49,439 bases of DNA, taken from Candidatus Cloacimonadota bacterium (GTDB lineage: Bacteria; Cloacimonadota; Cloacimonadia; Cloacimonadales; TCS61). Below are positions 7,787 to 15,916 of the stretch, one piece after another. The translations under genes were made by a program, and so were the position numbers. The stretch's first letter is position 1. Each line of letters starts with the position of its first letter. Location: assembly GCA_030595905.1 (NCBI GenBank), contig JAUVLE010000002.1:1-49439 (forward strand). Reading direction: 5' to 3'. The notes below the pieces were generated by a model. The model had not been told where the DNA came from and ran no database searches. It was given only the letters and a program-made list of their open reading frames with translations.

Positions 7787-8212
7787 ATGAAAAAAGAATT
7801 CTCACCTAAGATTATAAGTTTCTTATGTAAATGGTGTTCCTATACAGGCGCAGACCTGGCAGGAATAAACAGGTTACAGTATCCGATTGCTATCCTGCCG
7901 ATAAAAGTTATGTGTTCCAGCAGGATCGATCCTGTTTTCCTGATAAAATCATATTTGCGAGGAGCAGACGGCGTTCTGGTGGGTGGCTGACATCCCGGAG
8001 ATTGTCATTACCAGGTTGGTAATTATCACACCAGAAGAAGAATTGCAATAGTGAAAGAAGTTTTCAAATCATTGGGTTTGGAAGATGAAAGAATTCGACT
8101 TACCTGGATCTCTGCATCGGAAGGACAGAAATTCGCTCGAGTCGGAAAAGAATATACAGAACAGATTAGTAAAATGGGTGAGAATCCAACAAAGAAGAGA
8201 ATTTTTTTATAG
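7787..8212 (+). CDS. mvhD: MvhD/FlxD-like protein, selenocysteine-containing (TGA 7988-7990)
   Basis: The frame continues HPGDCHYQVGNYHTRRR...WISASEGQKF to TAG 8210-8212. The UGA is at the same alignment column as in paralog 1. Confidence 0.8.
8007..8023 (+). promoter_or_regulatory. Candidate SECIS-like hairpin
   Basis: ATTACC-AGGTT-GGTAAT, 16 nt after the UGA. Confidence 0.35.
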
Positions 8213-8230
8213 TATAATTAAGGAAAATAT

Positions 8231-10879
8231 ATGAGTTCGAAAAGTAAATCTGTAATGATCATCGGGGCAGGAATTGCCGGAATTCAGGCATCTCTCGATC
8301 TTGCTGAAATGGGAATTAAAGTTCATTTGATTGAAGGAACTTCATCGATCGGCGGAAGAATGCCGCAATTGGATAAAACTTTTCCCACGAACGACTGCTC
8401 GATGTGTATTCTTGCACCAAAAATGAGCGAATGTGCCAGACATCCGAATATTCAAATTCACATTAAAACAAAAGTGGAATCAGTAAATGGAACCCCCGGG
8501 AATTTTATAGCAGAAATAATTGAAGAAGCAAAATACGTTGATCCTGTGAAATGCGTTGCCTGCGGACTTTGCGAAGAAAAATGTCCGGTGAAAGTAGAAG
8601 ATGAATTTGATATGCAGCTTCGTAAAAGAGGTGCAATTTCCAGGTATTTCCTGCAAAGCATTCCTTCCGAATATACGATAGATAAAGAAAAATGCCTCTG
8701 TCTTACAAAAGGTGTTTGCCGGCTTTGCGAAAAAGTGTGTCCTGCAGAAGCAATCAATTTTGATGATAAAGATAAAAAAATGAAATTGAAAGTCGGAGCA
8801 GTGATCGTGGCAACAGGAATCGATGCATTCGATCCGATCGGATTCGGACATTTCGGTTACAAACGTTATAAGAATGTTGTTACGTCTCTGGAATTTGAAA
8901 GAATGCTTTCTGCTTCCGGACCTTTTGGCGGTCACGTTGTTCGGGCTTCCGATAATGTCGAGCCGAAAAGTATTGCCTTCATTCAATGCGTTGGTTCGCG
9001 GGATGAAAGTATCGATCGCAATTACTGTTCATCTGCCTGCTGTATGTTCGCCATCAAACAAGCGATCATTGCCAAAGAGCATATGAAAAGTTTGAAACCG
9101 GCACTGTTCTATATGGATATCAGGGCGTTCGGAAAAGACTTCGATAAATATTATGAGCAGGCTAAAGGTAAATATAGCGTTGATTTCATCAAATCCAAAG
9201 TTTCGGATATTTCCGAAACAGACAAAGGAAATTTGAAGTTACGATATGTTCTGGAAAACGGAGATATTCAATTTAAAGAATTTGATATGGTCATTCTTTC
9301 CATTGGATTGGAGCCGAGAAAAAATATCCGGGAATTAGCTGGAAAACTGGATATTAAACTCAATGAATACGGATTCTGTCGCTCAGATGCTTTTACTCCG
9401 CTCAAAACAAATCGTGAAGGAATCTTTGTCTGCGGCGCATCGAATGGTCCCAAGGATATTCCCGAATCTGTAGTATCGGCTTCCGGTGCAGTTGCGGAAG
9501 CTGCTAAATACCTCAAATTGGAAAGACAGGAACTGCAGGAAAAGAAAGTAGTAGAAAAAGAAGTTTTTGGAGAGCGTCCTCGAGTGGGAGTTTTTGTGTG
9601 TCATTGCGGTATTAATATTGCCGGGGTTGTGGATGTGAAAGATGTAGCTGAAAATGCTAAAAATATCGCAAATGTAGAGCACTCGGAAGACCTGATGTAT
9701 GCCTGTTCGCAGGATTGTATGAACACGATCAAAGAACGGATCGAAGAACATAATCTCAATCGAATTGTAGTTGCAGCCTGCACTCCCCGAACTCACGAAC
9801 CGCTTTTCAGGGAAACCATCAGCGAAGCAGGTTTGAATCCATATCTTTTTGAGATGGCAAATATTCGTGATCAATGTTCCTGGGCACATATGAACGAACC
9901 TGAACTCGCTACGGAAAAATCTAAAGACCTGGTAAGTATGGGAGTTGCAAAAGCACGCGATCTAATGCCGTTGAAAAGACTTCCCATCGATATAAATCCT
10001 AAATCACTGGTCATTGGCGGCGGACTGGCAGGAATGACAGCAGCACAATCTCTGGCGGTTGCGGGCTACGAAGTGTTCCTGATAGAAAGAGAAAAAGAAC
10101 TTGGTGGTAATTTGCAGAATATCTATTTCAATTTTGGAAAAGACCCGCAGAAATTACTCCGGGATACGATCGAAGAAATTTCCAAAAATAAACTTATTCA
10201 TATTTATAAGAATTCAGAGATTCAAAAAATAGACGGTTATGTTGGCAATTTCACAACAACTTTTGTAAATAAAAGTACAGGAAAGGAAAAGCAATTCGAG
10301 CACGGTGTTGTTATCATTGCCACAGGTGCGGAAGAACATAAAACCGAAGAGTATCTTTATGGAAAATCACATCGCATCGTTACGTTGGTTGAATTCGAGG
10401 AAATGCTTTATGAAAAGAAATTCCCCGGCAGAAAACCGAAAAATGTGGTTATGATCCAATGCGTCGGTTCTCGTGAAGAAGGTAAAATGTATTGCAGTAG
10501 GGTTTGCTGTACAAAAGCTGTTAAAAATGCTCTGGAACTGAAAAAAATAGTTCCCAAAGCGAATATTTACATTGTGAATCGTGACGTTAGAACTTACGGC
10601 TTCCGGGAAAAATATTATTCGGAACTGCGAGACAAAGGAACAATGTTCGTTAATTACGAACCTGAAAATAAACCCAAGGTTAATTTTGTGGATAAATCTG
10701 ATCTGGACAGCAAGATCAACGTTACTGTTTTTGATCCGATTATGGATAAAGAAGTAGTTGTAACTGCAGATCTTTTGGTACTTTCCGTGGCAATCGATGC
10801 GCGCAAAGAGAACATCGATCTGGCCAGGATGCTCAAAGTTCCGTTGAACGAAGATGAATGTTTATGGAAGCTCACGTGA
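8231..10879 (+). CDS. hdrA: Long two-module HdrA-like flavoprotein, main part (frame breaks near 10856)
   Basis: Two GxGxxG modules ([20 protein letters not shown]), FPTNDCSMCILAPK, VGVFVCHCGINIAG, several CxxCxxCxxxCP motifs. Confidence 0.85.
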   Translation: MSSKSKSVMIIGAGIAGIQASLDLAEMGIKVHLIEGTSSIGGRMPQLDKTFPTNDCSMCILAPKMSECARHPNIQIHIKTKVESVNGTPGNFIAEIIEEAKYVDPVKCVACGLCEEKCPVKVEDEFDMQLRKRGAISRYFLQSIPSEYTIDKEKCLCLTKGVCRLCEKVCPAEAINFDDKDKKMKLKVGAVIVATGIDAFDPIGFGHFGYKRYKNVVTSLEFERMLSASGPFGGHVVRASDNVEPKSIAFIQCVGSRDESIDRNYCSSACCMFAIKQAIIAKEHMKSLKPALFYMDIRAFGKDFDKYYEQAKGKYSVDFIKSKVSDISETDKGNLKLRYVLENGDIQFKEFDMVILSIGLEPRKNIRELAGKLDIKLNEYGFCRSDAFTPLKTNREGIFVCGASNGPKDIPESVVSASGAVAEAAKYLKLERQELQEKKVVEKEVFGERPRVGVFVCHCGINIAGVVDVKDVAENAKNIANVEHSEDLMYACSQDCMNTIKERIEEHNLNRIVVAACTPRTHEPLFRETISEAGLNPYLFEMANIRDQCSWAHMNEPELATEKSKDLVSMGVAKARDLMPLKRLPIDINPKSLVIGGGLAGMTAAQSLAVAGYEVFLIEREKELGGNLQNIYFNFGKDPQKLLRDTIEEISKNKLIHIYKNSEIQKIDGYVGNFTTTFVNKSTGKEKQFEHGVVIIATGAEEHKTEEYLYGKSHRIVTLVEFEEMLYEKKFPGRKPKNVVMIQCVGSREEGKMYCSRVCCTKAVKNALELKKIVPKANIYIVNRDVRTYGFREKYYSELRDKGTMFVNYEPENKPKVNFVDKSDLDSKINVTVFDPIMDKEVVVTADLLVLSVAIDARKENIDLARMLKVPLNEDECLWKLT

Positions 10880-11277
10880 AATTGCGTCCTGTAGATTTTG
10901 CCACCGATGGTATTTTTGTTGCCGGACTCGCACATAATCCGAAAGATATGGATGAAAGCATAATGCAGGCAAAAGCAGCAGCAAGCAGAGCTCTTACATT
11001 TATTACCAAAAAAGCGATCCTGGTAGAAGGAACAATTACAGAAGTGAACGAAGACAGATGTTCCGGCTGCGGTTATTGTGAAATAATTTGTGCTTATAAA
11101 GCTATCGAAGTAGATAAAGAAAAAGAAATTGCAGTTGTGAATGAAGCACTTTGCAAAGGTTGCGGAGCCTGCGTTGCTTCCTGTCGTTGCGGAGCGCTCG
11201 ATCTTCGCGGGTTCAGTAATGAACAGCTTTTTGATTCATTTGAAGCTTTGGATCTGGTAGATGTTTTGGGAGAATGA
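10858..11277 (+). CDS. hdrA: HdrA C-terminal segment with 2x[4Fe-4S] ferredoxin domain, in the -1 frame relative to 8231..10879
   Basis: MFMEAHVKLRPVDFATDGIFVAGLAH... aligns residue for residue with FFMEAHVKLRPVDFSAEGLFLAGLAH of the 27720 paralog. Confidence 0.8.
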   Translation: MFMEAHVKLRPVDFATDGIFVAGLAHNPKDMDESIMQAKAAASRALTFITKKAILVEGTITEVNEDRCSGCGYCEIICAYKAIEVDKEKEIAVVNEALCKGCGACVASCRCGALDLRGFSNEQLFDSFEALDLVDVLGE

Positions 11278-11280
11278 TTT

Positions 11281-11335
11281 GCAACGAGCAAAACGAACCC
11301 CAATTATACAACGGGGCAGGCAAAGATGAATAGAA
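11281..11335. repeat. Left-end block of the IVS-like element family
   Basis: GCAACGAGCAAAACGAACCCC...ACGGGGCAGGCAAAGATGAATAG. Shares the ACGGGGCAGGCAA core with four other copies. Confidence 0.6.
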
Positions 11336-11383
11336 GGAAATTATAATTAATGATCAATTTTGAAAAGCTGGAGAAAAGTTATT

Positions 11384-12067
11384 ATGAATAATTATGAAAG
11401 CACAATAGAATTTTGGGATGAAAAATTTGGTGAGAGGCTTTCGACTGATAAAAGATATGATCCAAGTAAACCAATACCACTTATTGAAATAGAAGAAGGA
11501 ACAAAATGGTTAATAAAAGAATCTGACTCAATAATCGATTGTGGTTGTGGAAGTGGAAACCTACTTTTTAAAAGTTTGTTTTTAGGAGCAAAAAAAGCGG
11601 TTGGAATCGATATTTCTCCTAAAGCTATTGAACTTGCAAATCATACTTCAAAAGTGAATAAAATGGACGATAAAACTGATTTCAAAGCAGGTGGTATCGA
11701 GCTTTTAAAAAATATAAAAGGAAATTCCTTCGATGGAGCAGCTTCATTTAATACAATAGATAATATTTTACCGGATGATGCAATCTCGGTAATAAAAGAA
11801 ATGAATAGAATTCTGAAGAAAAACGGTAAATTTCTTGTAAAATTAAATGATGTTATGCCAAAAAATATACTTGAAGAAGATGATTATTATCAACTAATTT
11901 CAGAAGATTTTTATAAAGAGAAATCAGGTCTTTATTTTTGGAATTTAAGCGATTCTAAATTTAGAGAAATTACTTCTCCATATTTTAAAATAGTGAAATA
12001 TGTAGATGTTCCTTTTCCAAAAACAGATTATAAAAATCGACTATATTACCTTGTTAATAAAATATGA
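11384..12067 (+). CDS. Class I SAM-dependent methyltransferase
   Basis: Motif I IIDCGCGSGNLL and post-I VGIDIS. GGAG RBS upstream of ATG 11384; the TTG at 11360 is less likely. Confidence 0.75.
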   Translation: MNNYESTIEFWDEKFGERLSTDKRYDPSKPIPLIEIEEGTKWLIKESDSIIDCGCGSGNLLFKSLFLGAKKAVGIDISPKAIELANHTSKVNKMDDKTDFKAGGIELLKNIKGNSFDGAASFNTIDNILPDDAISVIKEMNRILKKNGKFLVKLNDVMPKNILEEDDYYQLISEDFYKEKSGLYFWNLSDSKFREITSPYFKIVKYVDVPFPKTDYKNRLYYLVNKI

Positions 12068-12117
12068 TTTTATTTAATAATACAGTGAACATAACTAACA
12101 AGGAATATTGTTTTTTT

Positions 12118-12165
12118 GTTAGTTTTGCCTTCCACGACGAAGCAGAGCGAAGGCGGGTTCGTTGC
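12118..12165. repeat. 48-nt GC-hairpin repeat ending in GTTCGTTGC
   Basis: Identical at 47 of 48 positions to 16637-16684. Hairpin GCCTTC...GAAGGC. Confidence 0.85.
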
Positions 12166-12183
12166 TAAAAAAGGAATGTAAAT

Positions 12184-12609
12184 ATGAAAGATTGGCAGCC
12201 AAAAATTCTGGCAATATTGTGTAACTGGTGTTCTTATGCCGGAGCAGACCTGGCAGGAGTTTCCAGGATGCAATATCCGCCAAATGTGCGTGTGATAAGG
12301 ATTCCCTGTTCCGGAAGAGTCGATCCGTTATTTATAATGAAAACGCTGCAAAGCGGGTTCGACGGTCTTCTAGTTTCCGGCTGACATCCAGGCGATTGCC
12401 ATTACCTGTCAGGTAATTTTATCGCCCGTAGACGGTATTCTACGATTAAACCGCTTCTTGAAATGATCGGGATCGAACCGGAAAGAGTCCAGTTTTCCTG
12501 GATCTCTGCCGGAGAAGGTGAACGCTTTGCCAATATCATCGAAAAGATAACAAACGATGTTAAGAAGATCGGTCCTGCAAAAAGGTTGGTAAAGGGAGCA
12601 AAGCAATGA
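12184..12609 (+). CDS. mvhD: MvhD/FlxD-like protein, selenocysteine-containing (TGA 12382-12384)
   Basis: The frame continues [17 protein letters not shown]...[10 protein letters not shown] to TGA 12607-12609, which overlaps ATG 12606 of the next gene. Confidence 0.8.
12401..12417 (+). promoter_or_regulatory. Candidate SECIS-like hairpin
   Basis: ATTACC-TGTCA-GGTAAT. The stem is conserved while the loop differs from the other two copies. Confidence 0.35.
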
Positions 12610-13571
12610 TCCAGAACCTGAGAACAGAAGTAAAGAAACTCCTGAAAGATAAAAAAGTGGATATTGTTATCGGTTGGGAAAAAGGTTCTCTTCCGCTTTC
12701 CTCCACACCGCTTTTTATTCATAAAGAAGAAGATGTTGATAGACTTATTTTCGATGAAACCTGCAGAAATAATCTTACAACTTATCTCACAAAAGATAAA
12801 AGAAAACTTGGAAAAACTTATGATAAGGTCGGAATCATTGTAAAAGGCTGCGATGCTCGTTCAATCGTTCTTTACTCGATTGAGCAGCAAATCAAAAGAG
12901 AGAATATCGTTATTATCGGAGTTCCCTGTAACGGTGTTCTGGAAAAGAAGAAAATTCTTCAGAAAACAGAAAATGAAGAAATTCTGGAATTAAAGATAGA
13001 TGGAAAAAATGTGCATTTAAAAGGTCGTGATTTCGATCTGTCAATTCCTTTGAATGAAGTTCTTTGTGATTCCTGTTTAACCTGTCGCTATCCTGATGCT
13101 CCGGTTCACGATATTTTTATTGGAAAACCTCGCAAAGAAATTGATATAAAAGACGAATATAAAAAAGTAACAGATTTTGAAAAAAAATCTTCCGAAGAAC
13201 GTTGGGAATATATCAAAGAAGAATATTCAAAGTGCATTCGCTGTTATGCCTGCAGAAATGTGTGTCCTGCCTGTTATTGCAACGAGTGTTTTGTAGACCA
13301 GAACGATCCTCAATGGATCGGCAAAACTCCTGAAGTCACCGACTCCATCATTTTCCATCTCATCAGGAATCTTCACGTTGCCGGAAGATGCGTGGATTGT
13401 GGAGCTTGTGTTTCCGCTTGTCCGGTCGACCTCGATCTGCGTATTATGAATAAAAAAGTGGAAAAAGAGATCAAAGAACGATTTGATTATACTGCAGGAT
13501 TGGATATCAATGAAAAACCGGCGATGGCAAGCTATTGTGAAAATGAAAAACAAGATTTTATAATGGGTTAG
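12606..13571 (+). CDS. FlxC-like iron-sulfur protein
   Basis: KGCDARSIV, CIRCYACRNVCPACYC, CVDCGACVSACPVDLD. Positioned between an mvhD/flxD-like gene and a FlxB-like gene. Confidence 0.6.
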   Translation: MIQNLRTEVKKLLKDKKVDIVIGWEKGSLPLSSTPLFIHKEEDVDRLIFDETCRNNLTTYLTKDKRKLGKTYDKVGIIVKGCDARSIVLYSIEQQIKRENIVIIGVPCNGVLEKKKILQKTENEEILELKIDGKNVHLKGRDFDLSIPLNEVLCDSCLTCRYPDAPVHDIFIGKPRKEIDIKDEYKKVTDFEKKSSEERWEYIKEEYSKCIRCYACRNVCPACYCNECFVDQNDPQWIGKTPEVTDSIIFHLIRNLHVAGRCVDCGACVSACPVDLDLRIMNKKVEKEIKERFDYTAGLDINEKPAMASYCENEKQDFIMG

Positions 13572-13574
13572 AAT

Positions 13575-13714
13575 ATGATCAAAATAACAAAAACCGAACC
13601 TCTACTCGTTACTAAGCCCCAGCTTAGTAACGCTCGTTTTTGCATTCCCAAGCAGGGGCTTGGGAACGAGAAATTGTCGGGCTTTGGGAACGAGAGTAAT
13701 TTGTGGGATTTATT
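13575..13714. repeat. Hairpin-pair element inserted at the start of the downstream gene
   Basis: Perfect 11-bp stem CGTTACTAAGC/GCTTAGTAACG (13607-13632). A 9-bp stem TTCCCAAGC/GCTTGGGAA (13645-13666). Direct repeat of TTGGGAACGAG. Confidence 0.75.
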
Positions 13715-14746
13715 ATGATTAAAATAAAGAAAAGCGAATTTAGTGAATTTATAAAAAATCTTCAAAAGAATTATAGTGTTTTTGCTCCTGTTACTGACGG
13801 GAAAGCAACAGCTTTCAAAAAGATCAAATCTGCCGATGATATCAATAATAAAATATTGAACACAAAGAGATCACCCAAAGAAATATTCTTCCCGCAATCG
13901 GAAGTTCTTTTCCAATATACGGAAAGAGGAATGGAAGTTCCAAAAAGAGAGGAAAAACCTTTTGCCATCTGGGGAATGAGGAACTGCGATACAAAAAGTC
14001 TTCTGATGTTGGATAATGTTTTTGGTGAAGCACATCAAATGCCGAAAAAAGATATGTATAAAGACCCATATTGGAAGGAAAAATATGATAACTGTCTTGT
14101 TTTCAATCTTGCCTGCAATGAGCCGCTTTCCACCTGTTTCTGCAACTGGTTCGGTGGCGGTCCTTTCGATAAAACAGGTTCCGATATCTTTGTAGTGGAA
14201 ACTGATGATAGTTACATCTTTGAAGCTGTGAGCGATAAAGGAAAGAAATTCCTGAAAGAGTTTAAAACAGCTGAGGAAATATCAGATAAAGAAATCAAAA
14301 AAATTGAAAAATTAAAAGAAACAGCCGAATCTTATCTCGCAGAAAAACAAGATGTCTCATCACTTTTTTCTAAAACAAAAGAAATCTGGGATGAACCGAT
14401 CTGGGATGAGATCGCAGCAAAATGCGTTAATTGCGGAGCTTGTGCTTTTGTATGTCCCACCTGCCACTGCTTCGATGTTTCTGACGAAGGAAAGGGAAAT
14501 AAAGGAAAACGCATTCGCCTCTGGGATTCCTGTATGTTCGCTATCTTCACAAAAGAAGCATCAGGGCACAATCCGCGCAGCCAATCCACTCAACGCGTAC
14601 GGCAAAGAGTAATGCATAAATACAATTATTTTATGGATAATTATGATGAACATCTCTGCACAGGCTGTGGAAGGTGCGTGGTTGTTTGTCCGGTAAATCT
14701 GGATATTCGAGAAGTCATTAAGAAAATATTGGATTATAAAAAATGA
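13715..14746 (+). CDS. FlxB / sulfhydrogenase-beta (HydB) / AsrA-like 4Fe-4S protein
   Basis: CVNCGACAFVCPTCHCFD and CTGCGRCVVVCPVNLD. ATG 13715 (MIKIKKSEF) is preferred over the GTG at 13703. Confidence 0.7.
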   Translation: MIKIKKSEFSEFIKNLQKNYSVFAPVTDGKATAFKKIKSADDINNKILNTKRSPKEIFFPQSEVLFQYTERGMEVPKREEKPFAIWGMRNCDTKSLLMLDNVFGEAHQMPKKDMYKDPYWKEKYDNCLVFNLACNEPLSTCFCNWFGGGPFDKTGSDIFVVETDDSYIFEAVSDKGKKFLKEFKTAEEISDKEIKKIEKLKETAESYLAEKQDVSSLFSKTKEIWDEPIWDEIAAKCVNCGACAFVCPTCHCFDVSDEGKGNKGKRIRLWDSCMFAIFTKEASGHNPRSQSTQRVRQRVMHKYNYFMDNYDEHLCTGCGRCVVVCPVNLDIREVIKKILDYKK

Positions 14747-14753
14747 GGAATAA

Positions 14754-15578
14754 ATGAAAAATACATATATTCCATTTCAGATGAAGGTGAAAAAGATCTA
14801 TACAGAGAGTCCTGATAGAACATTAAAGACCTTTGATCTGTCATATATTAATGAAGAAGATAAATTTGATTTTTTACCGGGTCAATTCTGTGAATTTTCC
14901 ATTTTAGGAAAAGGTGAATCACCTTTCGGGATCGCTTCTTCTCCCACAGAAGAAGATATTCTCAAGTTCACGGTAAACCGCACCGGTTCTGTTACGAACG
15001 AAATTCATTATCTTCAGGAAGGGGATATTGTAGGAATTCGAGGACCTCTCGGAAACTGGTATCCGGTTGAGAAGTTCAAAGGACAGGATGTAGTGATAAT
15101 CGGTGGTGGATTTGCCTTCACAACATTACGTTCGCTTCTTGTTTATATGCTGGAAAATCGTAAAGATTACGGCAAGATAACTGTGATTTACGGTGCCCGG
15201 AATCCCGATCTTTTCATTTATAAAGATGAAATAAAAGAGTGGGAAAAACGCGATGATCTCACATTGCATCTTACAATTGATAATCCGGTTAAAGGTTGGA
15301 ATAAACTTACGGGATTTGTGCCAACAGTAACCAAAGAGGTTTCTTTCGATCCAACTTCCTGGTGTGTTGTGTGCGGACCTCCGATAATGATAAAATACAC
15401 CCTTCCTGTTCTTACCGAAATTGGTTTTCCCGATGAGAAGATTTATACTTCCCTTGAAAGGCGAATGAAATGTGGAATCGGGAAATGCGGCAGATGTAAT
15501 ATTGGCTCAAAATATATTTGTATCGATGGACCGGTGTTTTCTTATGAAGAGATAAAAAAAATTCCGGAAGCATTGTAA
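14754..15578 (+). CDS. FlxA / sulfhydrogenase-gamma (HydG) / AsrB-like FAD-NAD(P)-binding protein with a [2Fe-2S] tail
   Basis: PGQFCEF..SPFGIAS, IIGGGFAFTTL, VCGPPIMIK, C-terminal CGIGKCGRCNIG..C. Confidence 0.75.
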   Translation: MKNTYIPFQMKVKKIYTESPDRTLKTFDLSYINEEDKFDFLPGQFCEFSILGKGESPFGIASSPTEEDILKFTVNRTGSVTNEIHYLQEGDIVGIRGPLGNWYPVEKFKGQDVVIIGGGFAFTTLRSLLVYMLENRKDYGKITVIYGARNPDLFIYKDEIKEWEKRDDLTLHLTIDNPVKGWNKLTGFVPTVTKEVSFDPTSWCVVCGPPIMIKYTLPVLTEIGFPDEKIYTSLERRMKCGIGKCGRCNIGSKYICIDGPVFSYEEIKKIPEAL

Positions 15579-15900
15579 AATTGAATATTGAAAAATGAAT
15601 ATGGAAAATGGAAAATGAATATTCGGGACACGGATAATGTGGATTTTCACGGATTGGACTCGACTTCAAAGCGACCTGTCTTGGCGAAACGAAGTGAAGA
15701 CAAAAGCGCGGAGTTAAGAACAATACATGAGTTCTCTCAAGAGGAGATTACACACCTCCCGACTAAAGTCGGACTCCTCTCAAGAGGAGATTTTCTCAGT
15801 GCTCTCCGCCTATCCGGCGTATCCGGCAGTTGCCGGAGAAGACTGGTGAACTTGGTGGTTAAGAAGTTAGTTTTGTTCGTTTTTGTTCGTTGCTAATATA
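15579..15900. repeat. Composite intergenic repeat region
   Basis: AATTGAATATTG left end. 47-nt double hairpin at 15751-15797. GC hairpin CCGGCAGTTGCCGG. Terminal GTTCGTTGC at 15885-15893. Confidence 0.75.
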
Positions 15901-15916
15901 AGATAAGGAGAAATAA

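Noticed and set aside
7831-8022. Alternative-frame ORFs overlapping mvhD genes (7831..8022 and 12228..12416 on +, 12070..12273 on -)
   Set aside because: They overlap the well-conserved MvhD reading frame or repeat DNA, and their peptides are Arg/Ser-rich with no motifs.
8480-8986. Long antisense ORFs inside hdrA and other genes (for example 8480..8986, 9383..9889, 6756..7250 and 29679..30146 on the - strand)
   Set aside because: They lie opposite strongly supported + strand genes. Their composition is the low-complexity F/I/S-rich type typical of antisense frames in AT-rich DNA, and they show no recognisable motifs.
10855-10857. TGA immediately upstream of ATG 10858, considered as a possible Sec codon in hdrA
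   Set aside because: Upstream of this TGA the paralog alignment follows the other frame (KVPLNEDE), not the frame containing the TGA. A 1-nt frame break explains the data better than recoding.
15588-15896. 102-aa ORF, together with the 61-aa ORF at 16532..16717
   Set aside because: Both translate composite hairpin repeats; the same DNA blocks recur in non-coding contexts. They have no RBS and low-complexity, repeat-derived peptides.
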